From: Methanoregula sp.
GTDB lineage: Archaea > Halobacteriota > Methanomicrobia > Methanomicrobiales > Methanospirillaceae
Assembly (NCBI GenBank): GCA_039698055.1
Contig: JBDKTL010000027.1
Coordinates: 64,001-128,000 of the forward strand
Reading direction: 5' to 3'
Length of the DNA stretch: 64,000 nucleotides
Shown: piece after piece, positions 18,391-29,175 of the stretch
Numbering within the stretch: the stretch's first letter is position 1
How the letters are laid out: each line of letters begins with the position of its first letter
The notes under the pieces: model-generated
Database searches by the model: none
The model's input: only the letters and a program-made list of their open reading frames with translations
Told to the model about the DNA's origin: nothing
Program-made: the position numbers and the translations under genes

Positions 18391-19215
18391 ATGAAAGCAG
18401 GCATTATCGGCGGGACCGGGAAGATGGGAAAACTCTTTACCGGGGTTTTTGAACGGGCAGGATATACCGTGGAAGTCAGCGGCCGGTCGACTGCCCTGAC
18501 AAACGCTGCACTGGCAGAAAGGTGCGATCTGGTGATCGTATCGGTACCCATCCGGGACTCAGTAAGGGTAATCCAGGAAATTGCCCCGCTGCTCTCAAAG
18601 GACCAGGTGCTGTGCGATTTCACCTCGTTAAAGATGGAGCCGGTCGAGGCGATGCTCAAATCAAAGGCACAGGTGATCGGGCTGCACCCGATGTTTGGCC
18701 CCACGGTCAGTTCGCTCTCCCGCCAGACCATCATCGTCTGCCCGGCCCGTGCCGATCCCACCACCCTTGCTTCGCTTATCGCGCTTTTCAGAAACGAAGG
18801 GGCGGAATGCACGATCACGACACCGGAGAAGCACGACCGGATGATGGCGGTGGTGCAGGGTCTGACGCATTTTGTCACGCTCACCATGGCAGAGACCCTG
18901 CGCCGGCTTGATATTGATATTAGAACAACTCAGGCATTCACGAGCCCTGTCTACCAGATGGAAATGTCAGTTGTCGGCCGGCTTCTTTCGCAGGACCCGG
19001 ATCTCTACGCTGATATCCTGCAGGAGAACCCGTTTGTGCCGGAAGTGCTGGACGCGTGCCAGGATGCAGTGCGCAATCTTGCCGATATCGTTACCGCAGG
19101 CGACCCTGACCGGTTCCGGGAATTTTTCCGGGACAACAGCCGGCATTTCGGGGATTACTGCCAACAGGGCCAGGAGACAACGGACGCACTGATCGAATGC
19201 ATGGTGAAGAAATGA
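18391..19215 (+). CDS. tyrA: Prephenate dehydrogenase
   Basis: GGTGKMG Rossmann motif, DFTSLK, HPMFGP and HDRMMAVVQGLTH. Confidence 0.93.
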   Translation: MKAGIIGGTGKMGKLFTGVFERAGYTVEVSGRSTALTNAALAERCDLVIVSVPIRDSVRVIQEIAPLLSKDQVLCDFTSLKMEPVEAMLKSKAQVIGLHPMFGPTVSSLSRQTIIVCPARADPTTLASLIALFRNEGAECTITTPEKHDRMMAVVQGLTHFVTLTMAETLRRLDIDIRTTQAFTSPVYQMEMSVVGRLLSQDPDLYADILQENPFVPEVLDACQDAVRNLADIVTAGDPDRFREFFRDNSRHFGDYCQQGQETTDALIECMVKK

Positions 19216-20003
19216 CGGTCATCACGCTTGGCCCGGAAGGGACGTTCTCGCACGAACTTGCCCTGCGGCTCTCGTATTCTCCGCTGCGGCTGGTGCCCAC
19301 CATCCACGGTGTCTTTGCCGCAGTTGCGCGGGGAGAAGGCGACGGTATTGTCCCGATAGAAAATTCCGAAGCCGGTGGTGTGGGTGCAACTCTTGACGGC
19401 CTTTTGTCCTATCCGCTCTTTATCACCCGCGAGATGTATATGCCCATCCACCACCACCTCGCAGCCCGGGTACGTTTTGAGGAAATAACCGTGATCTATG
19501 CGCACCCGCAGACCCATGAGCAGTGCAGCGAACTGCTCGAGACGTGGGGCATCCCGGTCATCCACACCAGTTCCAATGCCGCAAGTGCAGTTGAGGCAAA
19601 AAACAATCCTGCTGCCGGTGCGATCGTATCCACCTACGCTTCGTCGCTCTATGATCTTCCCGTCCGAAAAAATAATATCGAGAATAACCCGGAAAACGTC
19701 ACCCGGTTCGTTCAGATTTCAAAAACTCCCGGCACGGCCGGCCACGAACAGAAATGCAGTATCCTGATCGATCCCGAAATCGATCGTGCCGGGCTCCTCT
19801 TTGACCTGCTGGGGGTTTTTGCACAGAAACGGATCAACCTGACCCGTATCGAATCCCGGCCGTCACGGCGGGGGATCGGCACCTACGTGTTCTTCCTTGA
19901 CTATGCCGTGTCCGCAGACACTCCCGGGGCACTTGCCCTCCTCAAGCAGATGACCACGGTCAAAGAGCTGGGCTGCTATGCACGAGCCGGGGTGCCCCCA
20001 TGA
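19212..20003 (+). CDS. pheA: Prephenate dehydratase (PDT + ACT)
   Basis: LGPEGTFS, PIENS, NVTRF and NLTRIESRP. Confidence 0.95.
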   Translation: MTVITLGPEGTFSHELALRLSYSPLRLVPTIHGVFAAVARGEGDGIVPIENSEAGGVGATLDGLLSYPLFITREMYMPIHHHLAARVRFEEITVIYAHPQTHEQCSELLETWGIPVIHTSSNAASAVEAKNNPAAGAIVSTYASSLYDLPVRKNNIENNPENVTRFVQISKTPGTAGHEQKCSILIDPEIDRAGLLFDLLGVFAQKRINLTRIESRPSRRGIGTYVFFLDYAVSADTPGALALLKQMTTVKELGCYARAGVPP

Positions 20004-21265
20004 TCAGGACACTCCCGCTCACCCGTAACGTTGATGCGACCGTGCGTGCACCCCCGTCAAAGAGTTACACGCACCGGGCTCTCATCACGGGGGCGCTTGG
20101 CTTCGGCACAACCGTACTTGAGCACCCGCTGGATGCAGACGATACCCGTCTGACCGCACAGGCTCTTGCCGCGCTCGGGGTTCCAATCCGGTGGCAGGAA
20201 GACCGGATCACTATTGCCGGCTGCGACGGGGTTCTTCCCACTTCCGGCACGACAACGCTCAATCTCGATAATTCCGGCACGAGCCTGCGCCTTCTCGCCT
20301 CCCTTGCGCTCCTTGCCTCCCACCCGGTTATTCTCACCGGCAGCGCACGGATGCAGGAGCGCCCGGTCGGCCCGCTTGCCGATGCACTCATGCAGATCGG
20401 GGGGACGGTCACCTTTCCGGGAAAACCGGGTTTTCCTCCCGTTCAGGTCAGCGGACACTTAAACGGGGGGCGGGTCAGCGTAGACGGATCGATGAGCAGC
20501 CAGTACATCTCCTCGCTCCTGCTCGCCGCCCCGTACGCGGACAGGGAAACGGAACTCTTAATCCTTGGTACGCCGGTGTCGCGATCCTATCTTGACATTA
20601 CCATGGATGTGATGCGGACATTTGGCGCCGATGTCAGGCAATCCGGTCCCGACCGGTTCGTGGTCAGCAACCGGGCCCGCTATGCCGGCAGGAACTGTCC
20701 TGTTGAAGGGGATTATTCGTCGGCATCGTATTTTTTTGCCGTCGCGGCAATCTGCGGCGGCAGGATGACGGTCACCAACCTCAGCGCCACATCCGTGCAG
20801 GGGGACCGGCAGTTTCTTACGGCCCTTGAAGCGATGGGATGCCACGTGTCCCGTTCCGGAGATGCCGTGACAGTTGAACGGACCGGCAGCCTTAGAGGAA
20901 TCACCATCTATATGTCGTCTGCCCCCGACACCGTCCAGACACTCTGCATGGTGGCTGCCGGTGCAGAAACCCCCACGACCATCACGGGAATCAGCCACCT
21001 CAGGTTCAAGGAAAGCGACCGGATCGCGGGCACGGCAGAACGCCTCAGGGCACTGGGCGGCGATGTGCGGGTTGAAGATGACAGGATAACCATTTTCCCC
21101 CGTCCGCTGCACGGGGGCACGATTGACCCGGGCAACGATCACCGGACGGCGATGAGCTTTGCGGTGCTGGGGCTGGGCACGGGCGATGTTGCTATCACCC
21201 ATGCAGAATGCGTGAACAAATCGTTCCCTGGATTCTGGGAAACGCTCGACGGGGTCGTACAATGA
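20000..21265 (+). CDS. aroA: EPSP synthase
   Basis: SKSYTHR, NSGTSLR, SSQY, KESDR, DHRTAM and KSFPGF. Confidence 0.96.
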   Translation: MIRTLPLTRNVDATVRAPPSKSYTHRALITGALGFGTTVLEHPLDADDTRLTAQALAALGVPIRWQEDRITIAGCDGVLPTSGTTTLNLDNSGTSLRLLASLALLASHPVILTGSARMQERPVGPLADALMQIGGTVTFPGKPGFPPVQVSGHLNGGRVSVDGSMSSQYISSLLLAAPYADRETELLILGTPVSRSYLDITMDVMRTFGADVRQSGPDRFVVSNRARYAGRNCPVEGDYSSASYFFAVAAICGGRMTVTNLSATSVQGDRQFLTALEAMGCHVSRSGDAVTVERTGSLRGITIYMSSAPDTVQTLCMVAAGAETPTTITGISHLRFKESDRIAGTAERLRALGGDVRVEDDRITIFPRPLHGGTIDPGNDHRTAMSFAVLGLGTGDVAITHAECVNKSFPGFWETLDGVVQ

Positions 21266-22653
21266 AACGGGTTGTGCTGGTGGGTTTTCGCGGGACCGGC
21301 AAGACCGAGGTTGGGAAACGCCTGGCCCGGGAAAAGAACGTACCGTTTTTCGATACCGACGACCTGATCGAGCAAAAAACCGGCCGCTCGATCCCGGATA
21401 TCTTCCATGACAACGGCGAGAAACGGTTCCGGGACATCGAACGCGAGGTTATTGCCAGCCTGCCCCTGACTGGCGCGGTCATCAGCACCGGCGGGGGCGT
21501 GGTTGCCGATCCGATCAACATGGAACGCCTGCGGGCCGACAGCAGCTGTGTCCTGCTCACGGCCGACATCGCGACCATTGAACAGCGCCTCACAAAAAAA
21601 CCGCGCCCGCCGCTGACGGGGCTGCCGCTGCACGAAGAGATCGCCGAGATGATCGATCGCCGCCGCCAGCAGTACCGTGCAGCCGTAGATTTCTGTATTG
21701 ACACCAGTGAAACATCCCCGGATGTTGCCACACAACAGGTTCTTGCGCTGCTGGATAACGGGGTTGCAACTGTTCAGCAGAGAAAAACAGCCTGTGCATT
21801 TTTCAGGACGGGCCGCATACCGGCACCGGCGCTTCAGAAACTCGAAGAGATCCTCACGGGACCACACCGGGACCCGCAGACCCGGATTCTTGGCGTCGCC
21901 GGGTATCCCTGCGCCCACAGCCGGAGCCCGCACCTGTTTAATGCGCTCTTTTCCCGGTACCATCTCAACTACCATTACACGTGGTTTGAGGCCCCCAAAC
22001 CCGACGAGATTATGCAGGTCGCCCGGGCTGTCGATGCAAAAGGGCTCTCGGTCACGATCCCGTTCAAGCAGGACATGATACCGTTGCTTGATGAGGTCGA
22101 CGAGACTGCCGCCCGGCAGATCGGTGCCGTCAACACGGTCGTGTTTGCCTGCGGGACGGCAACCGGCTATAACACGGACTGGCTGGGGATACGAAAACCG
22201 CTGGTCGGCATGAAAGGGTCACGGGCGGTGCTGCTTGGCGCCGGCGGGGGTGCGGCTGCTGCCGCGTATGCCTTAAAGGACCTCGACATGGACGTGATCG
22301 TCCTGAACCGTACGCCGCAAAAAGCACAGGCGCTTGCCGAACGCTTCGGCTGTGCGTGGGCCCCGTGGGATGCATTTGACCGGATCGATCCCGACCTTGT
22401 TGTCAATACGACACCGCTTGGCATGCAGCCGGATACCCGCAGCCCGCTTGCAGAAAAACAGATAACAGGGGAAATGACCATCTTTGATCTGGTATATACG
22501 CCGCCGGTAACCCCGCTCATCGGGATGGCGCGGCAGAAAGGGTGTACAACCATTACGGGCATCGATATGTTTGTCCACCAGGCACGGGAGCAGTTTTACC
22601 TGTTCTTCGGGATTGACGTGCCCGAACAGGTGATACGGGAGCTTGTCGCATGA
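21262..22653 (+). CDS. aroE: Fused bacterial-type shikimate kinase + shikimate dehydrogenase (AroK-AroE)
   Basis: Kinase domain: [29 protein letters not shown]. Dehydrogenase domain: HSRSP, SVTIPFK, GAVNT, NTD, GAGG. Confidence 0.92.
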   Translation: MKRVVLVGFRGTGKTEVGKRLAREKNVPFFDTDDLIEQKTGRSIPDIFHDNGEKRFRDIEREVIASLPLTGAVISTGGGVVADPINMERLRADSSCVLLTADIATIEQRLTKKPRPPLTGLPLHEEIAEMIDRRRQQYRAAVDFCIDTSETSPDVATQQVLALLDNGVATVQQRKTACAFFRTGRIPAPALQKLEEILTGPHRDPQTRILGVAGYPCAHSRSPHLFNALFSRYHLNYHYTWFEAPKPDEIMQVARAVDAKGLSVTIPFKQDMIPLLDEVDETAARQIGAVNTVVFACGTATGYNTDWLGIRKPLVGMKGSRAVLLGAGGGAAAAAYALKDLDMDVIVLNRTPQKAQALAERFGCAWAPWDAFDRIDPDLVVNTTPLGMQPDTRSPLAEKQITGEMTIFDLVYTPPVTPLIGMARQKGCTTITGIDMFVHQAREQFYLFFGIDVPEQVIRELVA

Positions 22654-23645
22654 ACACGTTTGGCAGAACATTTCGGATTACAACATTTGGCGAAAGTCAC
22701 GGGGCAGCGGTTGGCGTGGTCATTGACGGGTGTCCTCCCCGGATCGCGTTGTCGGCACAGGATATCCAGCCTTTGCTTGACCGGCGCCGGCCGGGAACCT
22801 CCCCGCTCACCTCGCCGCGCAGGGAGCCGGACCGGGTCGAGATCCTCTCCGGCATATTTGAGGGAAAGACTACCGGGACGCCCATTGCGCTGCTCGTGCA
22901 TAACGAGGATTCGCATTCCGGGGATTACGATGCCTTAAAAGACGTGTTCCGGCCGGGTCATGCAGACTTCACGTACCAGGAAAAATACGGTATCCGGGAC
23001 TATCGCGGCGGCGGGCGCAGTTCCGGCAGGGAGACAGTCGGCCGGGTGGCAGCCGGGGCGGTAGCCCAAAAAATCCTGTCGGCACACGGCATCGCCATCA
23101 CCGGGAAAATTCTCGCGGTGCACGGGAAATCCGGCCAGAATGAGATCGAAGCGGAGATCCGTTCGGCAAAGGAAGCCGGCGATTCTGTTGGTGGAATTGT
23201 TGAGCTTGTCGCTCGTGGGTGTCCTGCGGGGCTTGGCGATCCGGTCTTTGGGAAACTGGACGCACTGATCGCCGGCGCGATGATGGGCATTGGCGCAGTC
23301 AAGGGAGTGGAGATTGGCGACGGGTTTGCCGCAGCCGGGAAATTCGGGAGCGGGAACAACGACCAGATGACTGCTGACCGTTTTTTAAGCAACCATGCCG
23401 GGGGGATCCTTGGCGGCATCTCCAGCGGGCAGGATATTGTCGTGCGGATTGCGGTCAAACCCACGCCGTCCATTCAGAAAATGCAGAAGACCCGGGACTG
23501 CCACGGCAACCAGGTGGATTTGTCAATCCAGGGGCGCCACGATCCCTGTATCGTGCCCCGCATCGTGCCCGTTGCCGAAGCGATGATGGCGCTCGTGCTC
23601 GTGGACTGCTGGCTGGAGCAGGAAAAGTATCTGATCGGCCGGTAG
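22650..23645 (+). CDS. aroC: Chorismate synthase
   Basis: [28 protein letters not shown] and GRHDPC. Confidence 0.97.
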   Translation: MNTFGRTFRITTFGESHGAAVGVVIDGCPPRIALSAQDIQPLLDRRRPGTSPLTSPRREPDRVEILSGIFEGKTTGTPIALLVHNEDSHSGDYDALKDVFRPGHADFTYQEKYGIRDYRGGGRSSGRETVGRVAAGAVAQKILSAHGIAITGKILAVHGKSGQNEIEAEIRSAKEAGDSVGGIVELVARGCPAGLGDPVFGKLDALIAGAMMGIGAVKGVEIGDGFAAAGKFGSGNNDQMTADRFLSNHAGGILGGISSGQDIVVRIAVKPTPSIQKMQKTRDCHGNQVDLSIQGRHDPCIVPRIVPVAEAMMALVLVDCWLEQEKYLIGR

Positions 23646-23678
23646 AACTGCACACCGGCTCGTGGGGTGGGCGGGAAT

Positions 23679-24572
23679 CTAAACGCGCTTTGTGATTCCC
23701 ACTTCAACCGGGTTCTCCGGATACGAGATCCATTCCGTAAACCCGCCTTCAAACATCACCACATCCGGGTAACCGAGCAGGAATTTCAGGACGAGAAATG
23801 CGAGTGTTGCCGTTTTCCCGGTCCCGCAGGAGCAGATGACGGTTTTATCCGGGGTAACCCCACGGGATACAAAAATTTCCCGGAGTTTTTCCGGGGATTT
23901 AATAAGCGCCGTATTTTTCTCATCCATCAGCGCCGGTGCCGGGACATTGACCGCCCCGGGAATATGGCCGGGTTTTGCCCACGATGCCTGCCCCTCAAAC
24001 GCAGCCGGTGGCCGGGTATCGACCAGCACGGCACCGGGCTTTTCCCTGAGACTGAGCAGTCCGGGATACCCGGTGAAATAATTCTCGCGGATGTGTGCGG
24101 TATATGCCACGCGGCGGGTACAGCCGGATACCTGCGTCACCGGCTGGTTCTCCTGCTGCCATTTGAGGAGTCCGCCGTCAAGAATACAGACCCGCGAATG
24201 CCCGTACCGGATGAGGGAATAGGCAACAAATGCGGCCGCAAAACCGTCGCCCGGAGCAGATGACGGGGTTCCTGTTCCGTTCCCCCCGGTATAGACGACC
24301 AGCTCGCGTCCGCTCTCTATTCCCACTACCCCAAAAAGTGCCTCTGCCATATCTTTTGGAATCCAGCGTGCCGGAATATTTCCTGTATGCACCCGGAACA
24401 GGCCCTCCGGCACATGCACCGCGCCGGGAATATGGCCGGAGAAATAGTCATGGACATCTGGCCGGCAGTCAAGGATCATCAGGCTGCGGTCGTCACGGTG
24501 TCTGGCCAGCCATCCGGTTGACACCCAGCGGACGGGAGGATTGGTTATTTCTTTGCTGCGTGCTGTTTCCAT
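23679..24572 (-). CDS. Tandem-domain sulfurtransferase (rhodanese)
   Basis: GHIPGA twice, LDGGL, active-site CGTGKTA and FEGGFTEW. Confidence 0.9.
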   Translation of the reverse strand: METARSKEITNPPVRWVSTGWLARHRDDRSLMILDCRPDVHDYFSGHIPGAVHVPEGLFRVHTGNIPARWIPKDMAEALFGVVGIESGRELVVYTGGNGTGTPSSAPGDGFAAAFVAYSLIRYGHSRVCILDGGLLKWQQENQPVTQVSGCTRRVAYTAHIRENYFTGYPGLLSLREKPGAVLVDTRPPAAFEGQASWAKPGHIPGAVNVPAPALMDEKNTALIKSPEKLREIFVSRGVTPDKTVICSCGTGKTATLAFLVLKFLLGYPDVVMFEGGFTEWISYPENPVEVGITKRV

Positions 24573-24708
24573 GCTATCCCTAGACAGATGTTTTTTTTTA
24601 TTCATGCAACCGGAAATCCGTACTCCTCTTTCGTTCTCAAACCCGGAATACCCTCAAAGGGAGTACCGGGTTTGGGTCTTGCATCCAAAAACCGGGAACC
24701 CACAAAAA

Positions 24709-25347
24709 TTACTCCTCCGGTTTCATGCGCTTCATCAGATCCACAAATTCTTCCACCGAATACTGGCCGTCTGCCGTTGTTGTTCCCATATGGCAGTATA
24801 CCAGTTCAGAACCAAAGAAGGGGAACATCGCCCGGGCATACCGGAACTCTCTTCCCATCACTCCGGTGCAGACGGGTTTTTGTGCCGCATGGGTAAACGC
24901 GAGCAGTTCGATGAGATCGTCAGCGTTTGCCGGCGTCATAATTATTTTGGGGATATCCCCGTACGCCCGCAATTCGCGCTCCAGCACAAACAACACATGG
25001 AGCGGCATCATCCGCCCGGCATGGTGCGATGCGATGATTGTTTTGCCGGTGGATTTTATTGCTGCCGCATGCATCGCGAAGCGCTGTTCTATATCGATAT
25101 AATCAACCAAGGGAATGATGGGGGAAATCTTTTCGAACCACTCATCTGCATTGCCAAAATACGTGCCGCCTTCCTCTGCCGAGCGGAGCGTTGCAATGAT
25201 GGGCAGGCCGGTCTCCTTTTTTGCAGCCGCGATCTGCGCAGGAATATCGCCGTGCATCAGGTCAAGACGGAATTCAATCATATCCGCTCCCTTGTCACGG
25301 GCGGCACCGGCATACGAGGCATCCGTGAGCGCAGCAACAATCTTCAT
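24709..25347 (-). CDS. aroD: Type I 3-dehydroquinate dehydratase
   Basis: EFRLD, IIATLR..EGG, YIDIE, IIASHH, MG..R and GQ motifs. Confidence 0.92.
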   Translation of the reverse strand: MKIVAALTDASYAGAARDKGADMIEFRLDLMHGDIPAQIAAAKKETGLPIIATLRSAEEGGTYFGNADEWFEKISPIIPLVDYIDIEQRFAMHAAAIKSTGKTIIASHHAGRMMPLHVLFVLERELRAYGDIPKIIMTPANADDLIELLAFTHAAQKPVCTGVMGREFRYARAMFPFFGSELVYCHMGTTTADGQYSVEEFVDLMKRMKPEE

Positions 25348-25544
25348 GACTGGTTTTTTGTTGGCGGGCTATCCTTAAAAAAATTCTTGGATGCCCAGGT
25401 AATGATAACTTTAAAAAAAATTCCCCCAACAAAAACTTCTCTTTTATTCACGGTTTATAAAACTCAAATCAAACATATCATGGATCGAATTTCCGGTGAC
25501 AAACCGGTTTATCCCTTTTTGCGATATATACGTCTACTACAGTT

Positions 25545-26087
25545 ATGGAAACCGGAATCCCCGCCTTTCAATGGCAGCGCCTTGTCATCACCCTGCTCGC
25601 AGGTATCGGGCTTGTCCTTGTACTGCCGCTCGCGCTCGCCATGGTTCTTGCTCTTCCGGTCACCCCGACCCTTGCCCTGATCGCGATGACACTCGTCATC
25701 GAGTATGCTGCTGCGCCCGGGGGAATCGCGCTTGGCCTCCCACCTTATTTTGTTCTGGGTGTCCTGTGCTCGGTAGCGCTTGGCATCACTCTTACCTTAT
25801 ATGGCCTGTTTGATACTCTTGCCACCCGATCAGAACGGATTGGGAATTTTTTGGCACGGTCGCAAAAAAAAGCGAACGAATCGTCCATTCTTGCAAAATA
25901 TGGCATCTTCGGGCTTGTGCCATGCGTCCTGATACTGGGATTTTATGTCTGCCCGGCCGTTGCATGGGTCTGCGGCTGGCGACGGGATTATGCAATCCTG
26001 CTCACGATGGCCGGGTATATCCTTGCTTCCGTCGCAATAATTCTTGTAACAGCCGGTGTAATCTCGATTCTTTCAACCGGAGCCTGA
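25545..26087 (+). CDS. Membrane protein, putative small multi-drug export family
   Basis: Multiple TM segments, GIALGLP and KYGIFGL. Confidence 0.65.
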   Translation: METGIPAFQWQRLVITLLAGIGLVLVLPLALAMVLALPVTPTLALIAMTLVIEYAAAPGGIALGLPPYFVLGVLCSVALGITLTLYGLFDTLATRSERIGNFLARSQKKANESSILAKYGIFGLVPCVLILGFYVCPAVAWVCGWRRDYAILLTMAGYILASVAIILVTAGVISILSTGA

Positions 26088-26093
26088 CCCGAT

Positions 26094-28754
26094 ATGACTG
26101 ACACGAAAAGAACCGGTTCCCCGGAGAAACTCCCCGAACTCCTTGCGCCCGCTGGTTCCCCGGAATCCCTGCGTGCCGCCATCGCCGCCGGGGCTGACGC
26201 GGTGTACCTGAGCGGCCGGCAGTTTGGCGCCCGTAAATTTGCCCGGAATTTTTCCGATGAAGAGATCCCAGAAGCGGTACGATCGGCCCATTTACAGGGT
26301 GTCCGGGTCTACGTGACGGTGAACACGCTGATCCATGACCGGGAATTACCCGGCGTTGCAGAGTACCTGGTGTGGTTGTACGCTAACGGCGTCGATGCGG
26401 TGCTGGTGCAGGATATTGGCGTCGCGGCGCTTGCAAAAAAACTGGTCCCTGACCTTTCCCTGCACGCATCCACCCAGATGACCATCCATTCCGCAGACGG
26501 GGTGAAATGGGCGGCAGGACAGGGATTTTCCCGGGTCGTGCTCGCCCGTGAACTCTCTCTTGCCGACGTGCAGGCAATTGCAGCGGAGACGGCAACGCTT
26601 GGCATCGGTCTTGAAGTGTTTGTGCACGGGGCCCTCTGTTACTGCTGGTCCGGGCAGTGCCTGCTCTCATCGGTGGTTGGCGGGCGGAGCGGGAACCGGG
26701 GCATGTGCGCCCAGCCCTGCCGGAAACCGTACACGTTCGTCACCGGAGACCGTGACGCATACGGCAATCCGGTCAACCTGCACCCCATCTCCTCAAAAGA
26801 GCGCTTCCTCCTCTCCCCAAAAGATCTCTCAACCTACCCGCACCTGCCGGAACTCGCCCGTGCACCGGTTGCGTCACTGAAAATTGAAGGACGGATGAAA
26901 TCTCCTGAATATGTTGCCACGGTCGTATCGATCTACCGGCGTGCGCTTGACGCAATCGCTGCCGGTACCTGGGAACCGGCAAAGGACGACGTGCAGGACC
27001 TGCTGCTCGCCTTCAACCGGGGGTTCACAAAGGGGTATATTTTCGGGGACAAGCATGCTGCACTGATGGGCCGGGACCAGCCAGACAACCGGGGGCTCTT
27101 TATCGGGGTTGTAACCCGGTTTGACAACCGTTTGGGAACGGTCACGGTCCAGTGCGAAACCCCCATCGTGCTGCATCCCGGCGACGGGCTGCTCTTCTCG
27201 CACCCGGATCGGCCGGAAACCGCGTGGGGATGTGCGCTCAATAATGAACCGGTCCGGACACCGTCGTCGGTTTCATTTTCCGTTCCACAACCGGTAACGG
27301 CAGGAACCCGGCTGTACCTGACAATGTCCGGCCCGCTGCGGGCACGGGCCCGGCAGATCGTGGCAAAACCCCCTGCAGGACTCCGGCATCCGGTCATGAT
27401 CGATATGAACGGGGCGGTCCTGCCGGACGGCACACTGGTGCTTGGCGGGGCGATCAATCCCGGCAGCGCCAATGTTGTCGTTATCCCCGCCACACGCTCC
27501 CGTATCCTTGTCCCGGCAGAATCCCGTCCGCTCACCCGCGACCAGCTGATACGGTCGCTTTCAAAAACCGGGGGGACACCGTTTGCCATCCGCGAATTCT
27601 CTCTTGACTATCCCGGGGGAATGTTTGCCCCGATTGCCGAACTCAACCGGGTGCGCCGGGAATTCCTGCAGTCTACACAGGCAATACTTGTCCAGTCAGC
27701 CACGCCATCCGATGAGCATATTCGTGCAGCACAGGACCGGTTGGGCGCTCTTGTCACGGGATGGCGCACACAAACCTCAGATCGCACCACTTCTCCACAC
27801 CGCCGCCGTGTCAGTCTTGCTGTTTCTTCCGACAATCTCGGGGGTGTTGCCGCTGCGGTACAGGCAGGTGCGGATTGTGTTTACTTTGAACCCACCTTTC
27901 ATCCGGACCCGGCAGGATATCAAAAATCCCCGGGCCCGGACTATGTCGCCGCACAGATCCGTGAAGCGCTTGCCTGCTGCCGCGATACCGCAACACGTCT
28001 TGTGTGGAAATTTCCCCGGATCACGCGAACGGTTTTCACTGATATGGCAATTCCCCTGCTTCCCGTGCTGGTAAGCGAGGGGCTTACGGAATGTATGGTT
28101 GACAGCATTGGCGCTGCACAGGCAATCCTCTCGGCAGCGCCCGGGATACGCATTGCCGGATCGGTGGGCCTGAACGTGTTCAACCACCAGACCCTTGACG
28201 AACTCTCCCGGGTGCCGTTCCACCTTGTCACCCTCTCGCCGGAGCTCTCCGGTACAGAGATTGCGGATATGCTCCGCACAGCGCCCTGCACTCCTCACCG
28301 TCCGGCATGTGCCGTTATGGTACAGGGTGCGGTTGAGGCCATGGTATCGGAAGACTGCCTTCCCCAGCCGGTATGGCAATGTCGTCATGACGCCCCCGAC
28401 CGCAAAGATCATAACCCTCCTTTTTTTGGGATCATGGATGAGACACGGCGGATCTTTCCGGTCTATGTTGACAGCGAGTGCCGAACCCACCTGTTCAACG
28501 CAATGGAGACCTGTCTGATCGATTACCTGCCGCTCCTGTTCGATGCCGGCATCCAATCGGTCGCAATCGATGCCCGGATGAGACCTCCTGCATATGTCAG
28601 CGGGATGGTGAAAATTTATAAAGAAGCAATCGCGGCGGCACAACCGGACAGCCCGGATGCATCCCGTCACCTCCGGGCATTAAAGGAGCAGGCCAGACGT
28701 ATTGCCGGGGGCCTCATAACTTCAGGGCCGTTCCTTCACGGACTTAAGGAATAA
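26094..28754 (+). CDS. Peptidase U32-family Fe-S hydroxylase with DUF3656 (RlhA-like)
   Basis: PELLAPAG, HASTQM, EVFVHGALC..SGQC..NRGMCAQPCR and KIEGRMK. The 886-aa length and KTGGTPF motif fit the DUF3656-containing class. Confidence 0.88.
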   Translation: MTDTKRTGSPEKLPELLAPAGSPESLRAAIAAGADAVYLSGRQFGARKFARNFSDEEIPEAVRSAHLQGVRVYVTVNTLIHDRELPGVAEYLVWLYANGVDAVLVQDIGVAALAKKLVPDLSLHASTQMTIHSADGVKWAAGQGFSRVVLARELSLADVQAIAAETATLGIGLEVFVHGALCYCWSGQCLLSSVVGGRSGNRGMCAQPCRKPYTFVTGDRDAYGNPVNLHPISSKERFLLSPKDLSTYPHLPELARAPVASLKIEGRMKSPEYVATVVSIYRRALDAIAAGTWEPAKDDVQDLLLAFNRGFTKGYIFGDKHAALMGRDQPDNRGLFIGVVTRFDNRLGTVTVQCETPIVLHPGDGLLFSHPDRPETAWGCALNNEPVRTPSSVSFSVPQPVTAGTRLYLTMSGPLRARARQIVAKPPAGLRHPVMIDMNGAVLPDGTLVLGGAINPGSANVVVIPATRSRILVPAESRPLTRDQLIRSLSKTGGTPFAIREFSLDYPGGMFAPIAELNRVRREFLQSTQAILVQSATPSDEHIRAAQDRLGALVTGWRTQTSDRTTSPHRRRVSLAVSSDNLGGVAAAVQAGADCVYFEPTFHPDPAGYQKSPGPDYVAAQIREALACCRDTATRLVWKFPRITRTVFTDMAIPLLPVLVSEGLTECMVDSIGAAQAILSAAPGIRIAGSVGLNVFNHQTLDELSRVPFHLVTLSPELSGTEIADMLRTAPCTPHRPACAVMVQGAVEAMVSEDCLPQPVWQCRHDAPDRKDHNPPFFGIMDETRRIFPVYVDSECRTHLFNAMETCLIDYLPLLFDAGIQSVAIDARMRPPAYVSGMVKIYKEAIAAAQPDSPDASRHLRALKEQARRIAGGLITSGPFLHGLKE

Positions 28755-28829
28755 TTTTTGGTAATTATCAAAAATCAGCCCCCAAATTTGATTTACCGTA
28801 ATCATTTTTTGATGGAAAAAACGATGCCT

Positions 28830-28860
28830 GCCGCCGCCCCGAAGGGCGCCCCGCGGCGGC
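28830..28860. repeat. GC-rich inverted repeat downstream of the U32 gene
   Basis: GCCGCCGC (28830-28837) / GCGGCGGC (28853-28860). Confidence 0.7.
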
Positions 28861-29175
28861 CTCAATGAGTTTCAGTCATCGGATTTTTAGTAATCTGCCC
28901 CGTTGTGCCTAAAGAAAGGCCATGAGGCGGGGAGCCATACATACTATCATCAATCTTTTATTTAGTTAGTGCGGAAAAGTTGATTTAATCCTCTTCAGGT
29001 TATCTGAATTAATAATCACAAAAATCTTAAAAACGTGTTTATCGTCGCACTGGGGGCTGGTATTTTGCAACCAACTGATTTTTTTCTTGGTTGTTCTACA
29101 AACCCCCAGTCTCACGTGATCGAAAGGTCTAATGATGACCCGGTGCAATTTACCTGTCAGGTAAGGAGGGTATCC

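Noticed and set aside
17148-18887. 579-aa minus-strand ORF
   Set aside because: Antisense shadow of aroB'/tyrA with no protein-like motifs.
24541-25680. 379-aa plus-strand ORF
   Set aside because: Overlaps aroD antisense and promoter DNA. No recognisable family.
29131-29138. AATGATGA as the C box of a C/D sRNA
   Set aside because: No suitably placed CTGA D box downstream.
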